Below are positions 17,880 through 26,773 of a DNA stretch of 64,000 nucleotides, piece by piece. A model generated the notes under the pieces. That model ran no database searches, was not told the origin of the DNA, and worked only from the letters and a program-made list of their open reading frames with translations. The DNA is from an uncultured delta proteobacterium. GTDB lineage: Bacteria; Myxococcota_A; Polyangia; Polyangiales; Houyiibacteriaceae. A program made the position numbers and the translations under genes. How positions within the stretch are numbered: position 1 is the first letter of the stretch; the number at the start of each line of letters is the position of its first letter. The stretch spans positions 672,001 to 736,000 of the forward strand of contig CAVOVB010000003.1 of NCBI GenBank assembly GCA_963699755.1, in the 5' to 3' direction.

Positions 17880-19076
17880 CTAGTTGAGACGCAAGAAGAG
17901 GAATCGGCCGCCGTTGGATAGAGCGCCGCCGAAGCTTCCGAGGGCCGATGGAGTGGCCGAGAAGCCCGACCCGCCTTCCGCTCGGGCGATTTCGCGTCCG
18001 TCCGAGAGGGAAAGCGCGAGGAGAGAGCCGCGGGTTTCGCCGTAGATCACGGTGCCCCTATCGGTCACGATCGGCGGTGTGGGGGCGCCGCGCTCCGGCG
18101 CCTTCTCCCACTGGACTTCGCGCGTCCGAAGGTCCAGGAGCGACAGGCCCCGCCGGGCCGACGAGACGACGAGCATGCGCCCGGCCGTAGCGAGGCCCGT
18201 GACACCCTTGAACGCAGGGTCTCGCCATTCGACCGTGCCGCTCGATGCATTCAAGGCGTAGAGCCCGGCTGTAAACGAGGCGACATAGAGCGTGCCTTTG
18301 AGCAGGACCGGCGTCGTATCAACGTCGAGGAATTGCGGGACGTTGCCAGGTCGAAGCTCGATATCGACTGAGGTTTCAATCTCCCAGAACAGTTGTCCAT
18401 CGGCCGGATTGATCGCCGCCACGGCGCCGTCGGTGAACGCCGCAAAGAGCCGCCCATCATCGAGCAGCATGCCGGCATGCCCGGCGATGGTGATCTCCTC
18501 GACCGGTTCCTTGGCATAGGTCCAGAGGATGCGACCGTCGTCTCGCGCAAGCGCGGTGACCGTGTCGTTCTCGGCCACGACGTATAGTGCATCGGCCGCA
18601 AGGACGGGTTGTGTGCGAATGGCGCCGATGAGCTTGGTGCGCCACTTGACCTTACCGCTCTCATCGAGGGCATGGACGGTTCCATCCACTGATGGAAAAT
18701 ACAGCTCGCCGCTCGCCGCATCGACCGCGGGCTTGGATTCTATCTGCGCGCCCGCATCGTAATGGAAGAGCTGTAGTCCGTTCGACGCAAAGGCGAACAT
18801 GTTCCCTTCGCTGGTCCCGATGAAGACGCGCCGCCGCTCGGGATCGAACGCCGCCGAGCTCAGCTGAACAGGCAAATAGCGGGCTTCCCAGCGGTCGGTG
18901 AGCTGCTTCGACCAACGGACGCTGAAGCCGCCCTCGCCTGGCGGCGCGTACGAGTTGCCCTGCCCCACCCAGCCGAAGTGATCGGCATTGGTTGCCGGGG
19001 CGCCAGCAGCCCCGCACCCGGGGATGGCAAGCAGCGAGGAGGCGACGAGGAGAGCGGAGGCGAAGCGTAGGCGCAT
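17880..19076 (-). CDS. PQQ-like beta-propeller lipoprotein (BamB-like)
   Basis: Lipobox IPGC; repeated AL...G...W blades; DVDTTPV; downstream of a YfgM-like gene. Confidence 0.78.
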   Translation of the reverse strand: MRLRFASALLVASSLLAIPGCGAAGAPATNADHFGWVGQGNSYAPPGEGGFSVRWSKQLTDRWEARYLPVQLSSAAFDPERRRVFIGTSEGNMFAFASNGLQLFHYDAGAQIESKPAVDAASGELYFPSVDGTVHALDESGKVKWRTKLIGAIRTQPVLAADALYVVAENDTVTALARDDGRILWTYAKEPVEEITIAGHAGMLLDDGRLFAAFTDGAVAAINPADGQLFWEIETSVDIELRPGNVPQFLDVDTTPVLLKGTLYVASFTAGLYALNASSGTVEWRDPAFKGVTGLATAGRMLVVSSARRGLSLLDLRTREVQWEKAPERGAPTPPIVTDRGTVIYGETRGSLLALSLSDGREIARAEGGSGFSATPSALGSFGGALSNGGRFLFLRLN

Positions 19077-19087
19077 CGAGGTCAGGC

Positions 19088-19975
19088 TTAGTCTTGCGCG
19101 GGCTGTCCCTGGAGCATCTCGTTCATTTCACGAATGAGATCCTCGGTCTTGCGCGGGTCGGCGCCCACGGGGGCAAGGGTTGGATCGAGCAGCGCGATGC
19201 GCGCCTCGGTTTGCTCTTGGGTGTAGGGCAAGAGTGGAGCATCGGCCTCCTTGAGCTCATTCAAGACCGCGTCGAGCTTGGTCTTGGCTTCGCCGACCTT
19301 GCCCTGCTTTGCCAGGATCCGCCCTTGGTGGTATCCGGCGATCGGCGCGATGCTCGGGTCGAGCCCCCGGAGTGCTTCGAGCTGCTCGAGCGCCTGGTCG
19401 TAGGACTTCTCCGCCTCGAGCGAGTAGCTGATTCCTTCGAGTGCGAGCCAGCGAACCACCTCGTCGTCGCTGGCCTCGAGCGCAGCCCGATAAGCGGCTC
19501 TTGCCTGCTCCCACTCACCCTGCTGATAGAGCGCCTTGCCTTCGCCGATTCGCGCCCAGGCGGCGGCAGGGGTCTTCGCGTGCGCATCGGCAACCGCCCT
19601 GTAGGCCACGGCAAGGGCGGCCGGATCGTCCGTCCCGTCCTCGAGCACAGCCGCGAGCTCCTCGCCCGCAGCGGCGCTCTGGCCGCGGGTGTAGGTCGAC
19701 CAGCCGATCCCGGCGGCCGCCACCAAGAGCACTCCGCCCGCCATGAGCCCGAGGGGCTTCAGGTTCTCTGCCAACCAGTCCTTCGCGACTGCCGCCTGCG
19801 CGAGCGCCTTCTCTTCGACCAGCTCCGCGTCGCGCCCTTTCTGGGCGGCTTTTCGAGCCGACTTTGCTGCTTGCTGCGCGGCGAGTCGCTGCCCCGGGGT
19901 GAGCGGGGCTTGCTTTTGGTTTTCGGAAGGGTCGTTGGCCAAGCTGTTCTCCAGAAGACCGGGAAAACCCGGCAA
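19088..19975 (-). CDS. YfgM-like membrane-anchored TPR protein
   Basis: DWL.EN + TM helix + TPR repeats; yfgM-bamB order. Start uncertain. Confidence 0.72.
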   Translation of the reverse strand: MPGFPGLLENSLANDPSENQKQAPLTPGQRLAAQQAAKSARKAAQKGRDAELVEEKALAQAAVAKDWLAENLKPLGLMAGGVLLVAAAGIGWSTYTRGQSAAAGEELAAVLEDGTDDPAALAVAYRAVADAHAKTPAAAWARIGEGKALYQQGEWEQARAAYRAALEASDDEVVRWLALEGISYSLEAEKSYDQALEQLEALRGLDPSIAPIAGYHQGRILAKQGKVGEAKTKLDAVLNELKEADAPLLPYTQEQTEARIALLDPTLAPVGADPRKTEDLIREMNEMLQGQPAQD

Positions 19976-20057
19976 TTCGCGTCGGACTATACACGCGGCC
20001 CTTCCACAGTCAACGTAGCCTCGCGCCGGACGCGACCGCCGTGCTAGAGGGCTCGCT

Positions 20058-20588
20058 GTGCGCTGCGTCGTCTGGATCTTTGGGAGTCTTGCAGTGCTGT
20101 TGGCATCGCTTCCTTCGACGGCCGAGGCATACGAGAACGAGGCAACGCTCGGCCTTTCGGTCGGCTACGCGGGTCTTCCCACGAGCGATACACTTCCCCG
20201 TCACGGCGTCGATGTCGGCCTGAACGCCGGTGGCGGCCTCGGCGATGCCTGGAGCATCCAAGGGCTCCTCGGTTACAACGTCTTCCCGAACCAGCGCGCA
20301 CTGCACCTCGGCGTGGTCGGCATCGAAACCGTCTACGCGCTCGACATCGTGCGCTTCGTGCCCCTGATCGGAGCCGGGCTCGACGGCTTGTTGACGGTGC
20401 GCGAGCGGCAGACTCGCGGAGACTTCGCCCTGCACGGGCTACTGGGCGTCGACTATCTCATCAACGCGCGCTGGCTGGTTGGCGCTGAGGTGCGCGGCTA
20501 CTGGGTCGCCACCAATGCGCAGAGTCCGCTCGACCCGTTCATCCTCACGGCGGCGGCGCGCGTCGCCGTCCGCTTCGAGCTCCGCTGA
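20058..20588 (+). CDS. Outer-membrane beta-barrel protein
   Basis: Signal peptide (AEA); alternating amphipathic strands; ends in VAVRFELR. Confidence 0.65.
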   Translation: MRCVVWIFGSLAVLLASLPSTAEAYENEATLGLSVGYAGLPTSDTLPRHGVDVGLNAGGGLGDAWSIQGLLGYNVFPNQRALHLGVVGIETVYALDIVRFVPLIGAGLDGLLTVRERQTRGDFALHGLLGVDYLINARWLVGAEVRGYWVATNAQSPLDPFILTAAARVAVRFELR

Positions 20589-20762
20589 CTCGACCTGCGC
20601 GCTTCGATCACAGGGTCGCTGCCAAAGCTGCAAGGGCCGGCTCGATGCGATGGCGCTGCAGGCGAGGGCCAGCACGACGCAGGCAGCGGCTCGAATCGAT
20701 GGGGCGCGAGAGGTCAGGGCCATGGCCTTGTATCGGCGGGCAGATCGAACGGTTGCGTCGGC

Positions 20763-21986
20763 TCAGCTGGACGCCTTGCCGAGGTCGAACCCGTCGTGAA
20801 GCACGGCGACCGCTCGGTCGGCGTGCTCGGCTTTGATCAGGCATGAGGTCTTGATCTCGCTGGTGCTAATCGCTTCGATGTTGATCCCGTTGTCGGCCAA
20901 GAGCCGAAACATGCGGGCAGCGATGCCGGCGTGGTTGCGCATGCCGACGCCGACGATCGACACCTTGGCCACCGAGTCGTCACGCACGACGCCCTGCGCG
21001 TTGACGCTCGCGACGAGCGTTTTCGCGATGCTCTCGGCGCGGTCCGCATCCTCGCGACTGACGGTGAAGGTCAGGTCCGTATGACCCGCCTTCGAGACGT
21101 TCTGGATGATCATGTCGACCGAGATGTTGGCGTCCGCGAGAGGCTCGAACACGCTCGCCACGACACCGGGGTGATCGGGCAGCGCGCTCACGGTGAGCTT
21201 CACGGTGTTCTTGTCCGCCGCGACTCCGGCGACGACGACTTTTTCGAGCAGGTGTTCTTCGTCGGTCACGATCGTTCCCTCCTCTTTCGAGAAACTCGAG
21301 CGCACGTGCAGCGTCATTCGGTGCTTCATCGCAAGCTCCACCGAACGGATCTGGAGGACCTTGGCCCCTTGTGAGGAGAGCTCGAGCATCTCCTCGTAGC
21401 TGATGCTTTTGATCTTCCGCGCGTTCGGGCAGACGCCTGGGTCTGTCGTGTACACGCCGTCGACATCGGTACAGATTTCACAGACGTCGGCGTGGACTGC
21501 CGCCGCGATCGCAACGGCCGAAGTGTCCGAGCCACCGCGCCCGAGCGTGGTGATGTTGCCGTACGCGTCGGTGCCCTGAAAGCCAGCGACGACCAGGACG
21601 TTGCCCGTTTCGAGCGAGGAGCGAAGCCCTGTCCCATCGATCGAGCGGATGCGCGCCTTGCGATGCACGTTGTCGGTCAAGATACGCGCCTGATGTCCGA
21701 GCAAGGAACGCGCCGGCACGCCGAGCTCGTTGAGCTGGATGGCCAGTAAGGCAGCGCTCACCTGCTCGCCGCTCGACACGAGCACATCCATCTCGCGCTC
21801 CGCCGGCCCGTCGGAAAGCTCCCAGCCCATGCTCAAGAGCCGATCGGTCTCGCCGGCCATCGCGCTCACCACGACGATGATCTGATGACCCTCGCGGTAG
21901 GTCGCTGCGACGCGGTCCGCGACCCTGCGGATCCGTTCGAGCGATCCGACGCTCGTGCCACCATATTTCTGTACGACCAGGCTCAT
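20763..21986 (-). CDS. lysC: Aspartate kinase
   Basis: VQKYGGTSV, TTLGRGGSD, TDVDGV, two ACT domains. Confidence 0.96.
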   Translation of the reverse strand: MSLVVQKYGGTSVGSLERIRRVADRVAATYREGHQIIVVVSAMAGETDRLLSMGWELSDGPAEREMDVLVSSGEQVSAALLAIQLNELGVPARSLLGHQARILTDNVHRKARIRSIDGTGLRSSLETGNVLVVAGFQGTDAYGNITTLGRGGSDTSAVAIAAAVHADVCEICTDVDGVYTTDPGVCPNARKIKSISYEEMLELSSQGAKVLQIRSVELAMKHRMTLHVRSSFSKEEGTIVTDEEHLLEKVVVAGVAADKNTVKLTVSALPDHPGVVASVFEPLADANISVDMIIQNVSKAGHTDLTFTVSREDADRAESIAKTLVASVNAQGVVRDDSVAKVSIVGVGMRNHAGIAARMFRLLADNGINIEAISTSEIKTSCLIKAEHADRAVAVLHDGFDLGKASS

Positions 21987-22065
21987 TGGGCGCCGAAGAA
22001 TAGCCGCGAGCTGCAGGCGGGCAACCGGCAGGGCGAGGTCTTGGGTTCCATGCTATTCCAATGCA

Positions 22066-22791
22066 ATGCGAAGAGCTGTGTGGGTCGCTTGGCTGGGGAT
22101 GGCCGCCTCTGCTCAGGCCTTTGGGACGGCGCTCGCGGCCCCGCCGGAGGCCGCGCCAAGGGAGCACGAGCGGCTCCGCATGGTGAGCAAGCAAATCGAG
22201 GCGCGCGGGGTCCGAGACGCTCGGGTGCTCGACGCCATGCGCGAGGTGCCCCGGCATCGCTTCGTGCCGCAGTCTCAGCTTGCCTATGCCTACGACGACC
22301 GGCCGCTCCCGATCGGCGAGGGTCAAACGATCAGCCAACCCTACATCGTGGCGCTCATGAGCGAGCTTGCCGAGGTCAAGCCGGGCGACAAGGTGCTCGA
22401 AGTCGGGACCGGCTCCGGATACCAGGCTGCCGTTCTCGCGCATATGGGCGCGAAGCTGTTTTCAATTGAAATCATCGAGCCGCTGGCGAAGCGAGCCGAG
22501 GCCACGCTCCGCAAGCTCGGCTATGATAAGAACGTCGCGGTCCGTCACGGCGACGGCTATGCAGGCTGGCCGGAACAGGCGCCCTTCGATGCGATCCTCG
22601 TGACCGCCGCCCCTCCAACGATTCCAGAGCCGTTGAAGCAACAGCTGAAGGTCGGAGGACGCCTCATCATCCCCGTGGGCAGGCACTATCAGAGCCTCTT
22701 GAAGGTGACCCGGACCAAGGCTGGGTTCCGAAAGGAGAGCGTGATTCCAGTGAGGTTCGTGCCGATGACCGGGGACGCCCAGGGACGGTAG
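22066..22791 (+). CDS. pcm: Protein-L-isoaspartate O-methyltransferase with N-terminal signal-like sequence
   Basis: GQTISQP, VLEVGTGSGYQAA, GDGYAGW, APFDAI, VRFVPM. Confidence 0.93.
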   Translation: MRRAVWVAWLGMAASAQAFGTALAAPPEAAPREHERLRMVSKQIEARGVRDARVLDAMREVPRHRFVPQSQLAYAYDDRPLPIGEGQTISQPYIVALMSELAEVKPGDKVLEVGTGSGYQAAVLAHMGAKLFSIEIIEPLAKRAEATLRKLGYDKNVAVRHGDGYAGWPEQAPFDAILVTAAPPTIPEPLKQQLKVGGRLIIPVGRHYQSLLKVTRTKAGFRKESVIPVRFVPMTGDAQGR

Positions 22792-22838
22792 CGAGTGCCA
22801 ATGCCAGCGCCAGTGCCGGCGTCAGCGACCCCGTCACC

Positions 22839-22854
22839 TGTGAGCCCCCTCACA
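22839..22854. promoter_or_regulatory. CRP-family binding box
   Basis: TGTGA-GCCCCC-TCACA, a perfect TGTGA-N6-TCACA, about 80 bp upstream of the start at 22936. Confidence 0.65.
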
Positions 22855-22935
22855 AACTCCCCAGCTCCCTGAAAAAACGTCGATCCGACTCACGAACACC
22901 TGTGTTACCGTCAACGCCCCCCCAGAGGAGCCCCG

Positions 22936-24621
22936 ATGCTGACATGCACCCGTACGCGCTGGCTCGTTAGCTGGCTGATTGGCGCGCTTGCCTTTGCAGG
23001 CTGCGCTGCCGAGACGACCACCGACGCGAGCGGCGTCCGAATCGAGCTCGAGCTGGCGGACGGAAGCCAGATCGACGAAGTGAGCTATTCGATCACCGGC
23101 AACCAGATGCCGGAGATGTCAGGCACCATCCACACGGGCAGTCCGGGTTCCACGGCGTCGTTCGAGCTCTACGGCATCCCCGCGGGCACCGGCTACAAGA
23201 TTGACATGGCTGCAAGCGATGGCGACCTCACCTGCTCTGGCAGCGCTACCTTCAACGTCTTCGTCCGCCAGGTGACCGGCGTCGCGGTGATGCTCAGCTG
23301 CAAGGCTCCGCTCGAGCTCGGCGGCGTGCGCGTCAACGGCAAGATCAACTACTGCGCGGACATTCGCTGGGCCGTCGCCTCGCCTTTGCAAACCTCGATC
23401 GGCAACCAGATCGATGTCGAGGCCGTCGCGTATGACGCGGAAGGCGACGACATCGAATACCGTTGGACCGCGATCAGCGGCTCGTTTGCCGACGCGACGG
23501 CGCCCATCACGACCTATACCTGTGAGGAGGTTGGCGAGCACACGATCACCATCACGGTCTCCGACGACGACTTCGAGTACTGCGATTGCTTCTGGGATGT
23601 CCCCATCACCTGCGTCGACGGAGAAGGCGGTACAGGCGGCACCGGCGGCATGGCGGGCACCGGTGGCATGGCAGGCAGCGGTGGCACCGGCGGCATGGCG
23701 GGCACCGGTGGCATGGCAGGCAGCGGTGGCAGCGGCGGCATGGGAGGCAGCGGTGGCACCGGCGGCATGGCAGGCAGCGGCGGCACCGGCGGCATGGCGG
23801 GCACTGGCGGCACCGGCGGCATGGCGGGCACCGGTGGCATGGCGGGCACCGGTGGCACGGGTGGCACCGGCGGCACGGGTGGCACCGGCGGCACGGGTGG
23901 CACCGGCGGTGGCGAATGCATTCCGGACGGCGGCGCTCAGTATGCCGGCACTGCGATGAACCGAATCTGCGGAGAGGTCACTTGCGGCGTGATGGAAGTT
24001 TGCGTAAACGAGGTTTGCACTCCGTCCGCGATGGTCTTCGTGAGCAGCAGCTGGTCGACTGCCGACCTCAACGGGCCGCGCGGCGCCGACAGGACCTGCG
24101 CAGACCTCGCCCAAGAGGCGGGTCTCGGAGGCTACTGGATGTCGTGGACCTCCGATTCGTGCACCTCCCCATTCAAGCGCTTCGAGAGGTCGGCGTTGCC
24201 CTATCGCTTGAAAGACGGAGTTCAGATCGCGTCGAGCTGGGAGCGGCTGACCAACCGGCCGCCTGATGAGTTCTACATCGAGAATCCGATCGACATGGAC
24301 GAATACGGCGATTTCCCGGTATCCGTCGACCAAGACACCGGCATCCCGACGGGCGAGCGCTGCGTCGAAACCAATCTCAATGATCCCTTTGGTTGCTTCG
24401 TCTGGACCAACACCCAGGTAGACGGGACGGTTCAGGCGTTCCTGAACAACAACGGCTGCCTCGGACTCACCACCGACGACAGCATCAACTCGTCGTCGGC
24501 CGTCGGACTGCCCACGACTATCGGCCGCGCCTGGACGGATGGGCAAAACCGAACGTGCGGCCAAGACGGCGGCAGGCTTTTCTGCTTCGAGCAATCCGTG
24601 GCCGACCCACCCGTCCCCTAA
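22936..24621 (+). CDS. Surface lipoprotein: Ig/PKD-like domains, Gly-rich linker, C-terminal DUF1554/endostatin-like domain
   Basis: Lipobox FAGC; DAEGDDIEYRW; VFVSS...NGPRGAD..C..LA..AGLGG.W..W.SD. Confidence 0.75.
   Translation: MLTCTRTRWLVSWLIGALAFAGCAAETTTDASGVRIELELADGSQIDEVSYSITGNQMPEMSGTIHTGSPGSTASFELYGIPAGTGYKIDMAASDGDLTCSGSATFNVFVRQVTGVAVMLSCKAPLELGGVRVNGKINYCADIRWAVASPLQTSIGNQIDVEAVAYDAEGDDIEYRWTAISGSFADATAPITTYTCEEVGEHTITITVSDDDFEYCDCFWDVPITCVDGEGGTGGTGGMAGTGGMAGSGGTGGMAGTGGMAGSGGSGGMGGSGGTGGMAGSGGTGGMAGTGGTGGMAGTGGMAGTGGTGGTGGTGGTGGTGGTGGGECIPDGGAQYAGTAMNRICGEVTCGVMEVCVNEVCTPSAMVFVSSSWSTADLNGPRGADRTCADLAQEAGLGGYWMSWTSDSCTSPFKRFERSALPYRLKDGVQIASSWERLTNRPPDEFYIENPIDMDEYGDFPVSVDQDTGIPTGERCVETNLNDPFGCFVWTNTQVDGTVQAFLNNNGCLGLTTDDSINSSSAVGLPTTIGRAWTDGQNRTCGQDGGRLFCFEQSVADPPVP
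23626..23913 (+). repeat. Coding tandem repeat (GGMAGT/GGT) of 9- and 18-bp units
   Basis: Repeated ggcggcatggcgggcacc / ggcaccggcggc units. Confidence 0.9.
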
Positions 24622-24741
24622 CAGGGCCTGCCCCGCGCCAACGCGCGACGACGTCTCATTCAACCATCATGCACGCCTATCGGGTTCGCCCGCGCCGCGC
24701 GGAGCCCGCAGCGCGAAGACCTTGCGATGCGAGCAGGTCGC

Positions 24742-25170
24742 TTACTCCGGCTCTTCGGCTTCGCTCGGGGGAGCCTCGTCGGGCTTGTGCTTCTTGGGCG
24801 GGGGTGGCAGGGGCTCACCGTATTCGTCCATCAGCTTCTTCTTGAGCTTGTCGAGGAGCATGCGCTCGATGTAGCTCGGCATCGCAGGGATTTGGACCAC
24901 GGCGCGGATCGGGCCGCCGCCTTCATCCTCGATTCGGACGAGCTCGACGCTGCCCGGGTACATCCGGCCGTCGTCGCGGTAGTCGAAAAGGAAGTAACCG
25001 ACCTCTGGGTCCCGGTCTTTGATTGGATAGCCCTGGTCAACCCGGATCAGACGAATGGCAGCGCCCCAGACCTGCTCGTAGCTATGGCGAAAGTCCTCGG
25101 TCTTCTTCGCCTGGCCAGTGGCCGGCGAGAGGAGCGCGAAGGTCATCAAGGTGGCAGCCCAGAGCCTCAT
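24742..25170 (-). CDS. Secreted hypothetical protein
   Basis: Signal peptide, globular core, Pro/acidic tail; downstream of cca. Confidence 0.65.
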   Translation of the reverse strand: MRLWAATLMTFALLSPATGQAKKTEDFRHSYEQVWGAAIRLIRVDQGYPIKDRDPEVGYFLFDYRDDGRMYPGSVELVRIEDEGGGPIRAVVQIPAMPSYIERMLLDKLKKKLMDEYGEPLPPPPKKHKPDEAPPSEAEEPE

Positions 25171-25309
25171 CGGGGCCCACGCTACCGAACCCCCCGGCCG
25201 AGTCCAAAAAAGCGCCGACCAACCGGGTCCAGAAACTCAGCCTAGGACCCCGCCACCGACACCCCCGGCGGCCACGGTCCCAGGCTCTCGGTCACTGGCA
25301 CTGCTCCCG

Positions 25310-26677
25310 TCACTGCCCCTGCTTCGCCAGCTCCTCGACCATCGGCATCAGCTTGTCTCGCGTGTTCAGCGACGGGTCTTCGATCACCCGATCGAGCAGC
25401 GTCCGCAGAATCTCTCCGACAATCGGCCCGGCGCCGCCTTCGAGGTGCTCGATCACATCCTTCCCACCGATGACGAGATCTTGCGTCGTCAAAGCGTTGC
25501 CGTCTTCGATCGTCTTGTCGATTCGGGCGCGTAGCTCCTTCAAGGCCGCGAGCTCTTCTTCGACGTTGCGTCCCTTGCCGAGCGCGTCCGCTTCGCCCAA
25601 GCGCAACAAGGGTTGGACGCTCTGCGCGCCTACTCGTTTGATGAACCTGCGCACTGCAGCGTCGGTCCATTCGCTCGTGTAGCAAATCAAGTGATGCCGA
25701 ATGAGGCCCACCACGAGCTCGCGCTCCTGATTCGAGAAGCGGTAGTCGCGTAGCCAGCGCTCGGCCATGTCGGCGCCGACTTTTTCGTGATGGTAGAACG
25801 TCCAGTCGCCGGTCTTGTCGGACCTGGCTCGGGTTCGCGGCTTGGCGACGTCGTGGAGCAGCGCGGCGATTCGTTCGACGGGGTCAGGCGCTGACTCGTC
25901 GAGCACGCGCATCGTGTGGCCCCAGACGTCGTAGGCGTGCCACTGGTTTTGCTCGCAGCCCACCTGCTCGAGGAGCTCGGGATAGGTGACCTCCAAAATG
26001 CCGGTGCGGCGCATCACTTCGAATGCGCGGGACGGGGCGCGCGCCTTCATCGCTTTCAACCACTCTTCGCGGACGCGTTCGGGGCTCACCTTGCGAAAGG
26101 TGTCGAGCGCGCCTCGAAACGCGGCCTCGGTCTTCTCTTCGAGCTCGAAATCCAGCGTCGCGACGAAGCGGGCGCCGCGCAGAATCCTGAGCCCGTCTTC
26201 CTGGAAGCGCTCGCTAGGCTCGCCCACGGCCCGCAGGACCTTGTCCCGCATGTCGGTCAGCCCACCGAAGGGGTCGGCCACATGCCCGTCGACCGGGTCA
26301 TACGCGATCGCGTTCACCGTGAAATCGCGTCGCCCGAGGTCCCGGTCGATGTTCTCGACGAACACGACAGTGTCGGGTCGCCGCCCATCGGAATACAATC
26401 CTTCGCCTCGGAGGGTCGTGACCTCGTAGGCCCCGCCCTTCCAGAGCACGGTCACCGTGCCATGGTCGATCCCGGTCGGGATCACCCTGCGGAAGACCTT
26501 TAGGACCTTTTCCGGCGGGGCGGTCGTCGCCACGTCCCAGTCGTTGACCCGCTGTCCAAGCAGGGTGTCCCGGACGCAGCCCCCGACGACCCACGCCCGC
26601 TCGCCTGCGTTGCGGAGCTCCTTACAAATCTCGAGCACCGGCCTGGCGATCTGCTGCCGGAGAATTCGGTGTGGCAC
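25310..26677 (-). CDS. cca: CCA tRNA nucleotidyltransferase / poly(A) polymerase family, HD domain
   Basis: VVGGCVRD, DWDVAT, RRDFTVNA, EDGLRILR, LLHDVAKP. Confidence 0.9.
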   Translation of the reverse strand: MPHRILRQQIARPVLEICKELRNAGERAWVVGGCVRDTLLGQRVNDWDVATTAPPEKVLKVFRRVIPTGIDHGTVTVLWKGGAYEVTTLRGEGLYSDGRRPDTVVFVENIDRDLGRRDFTVNAIAYDPVDGHVADPFGGLTDMRDKVLRAVGEPSERFQEDGLRILRGARFVATLDFELEEKTEAAFRGALDTFRKVSPERVREEWLKAMKARAPSRAFEVMRRTGILEVTYPELLEQVGCEQNQWHAYDVWGHTMRVLDESAPDPVERIAALLHDVAKPRTRARSDKTGDWTFYHHEKVGADMAERWLRDYRFSNQERELVVGLIRHHLICYTSEWTDAAVRRFIKRVGAQSVQPLLRLGEADALGKGRNVEEELAALKELRARIDKTIEDGNALTTQDLVIGGKDVIEHLEGGAGPIVGEILRTLLDRVIEDPSLNTRDKLMPMVEELAKQGQ

Positions 26678-26773
26678 CTAGCATCGATAACCTTAGGTAT
26701 CCATGAACGCAATTGGCCTGGAAGCCTAAGAGGGCTACACTCAAATGTCTGGCCCCTGCCCCCCTCCAATAGA

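Noticed and set aside
22794..22828. Degenerate hexamer run (gtgcca/gcgcca)
   Set aside because: Short low-complexity run with no support for function.
23626..23913. Possible CRISPR array
   Set aside because: No unique spacers; an in-frame coding repeat; no cas genes.
23514..24266. Pro-rich and His/Arg-rich ORFs
   Set aside because: Other frames of the Gly-rich coding repeat.
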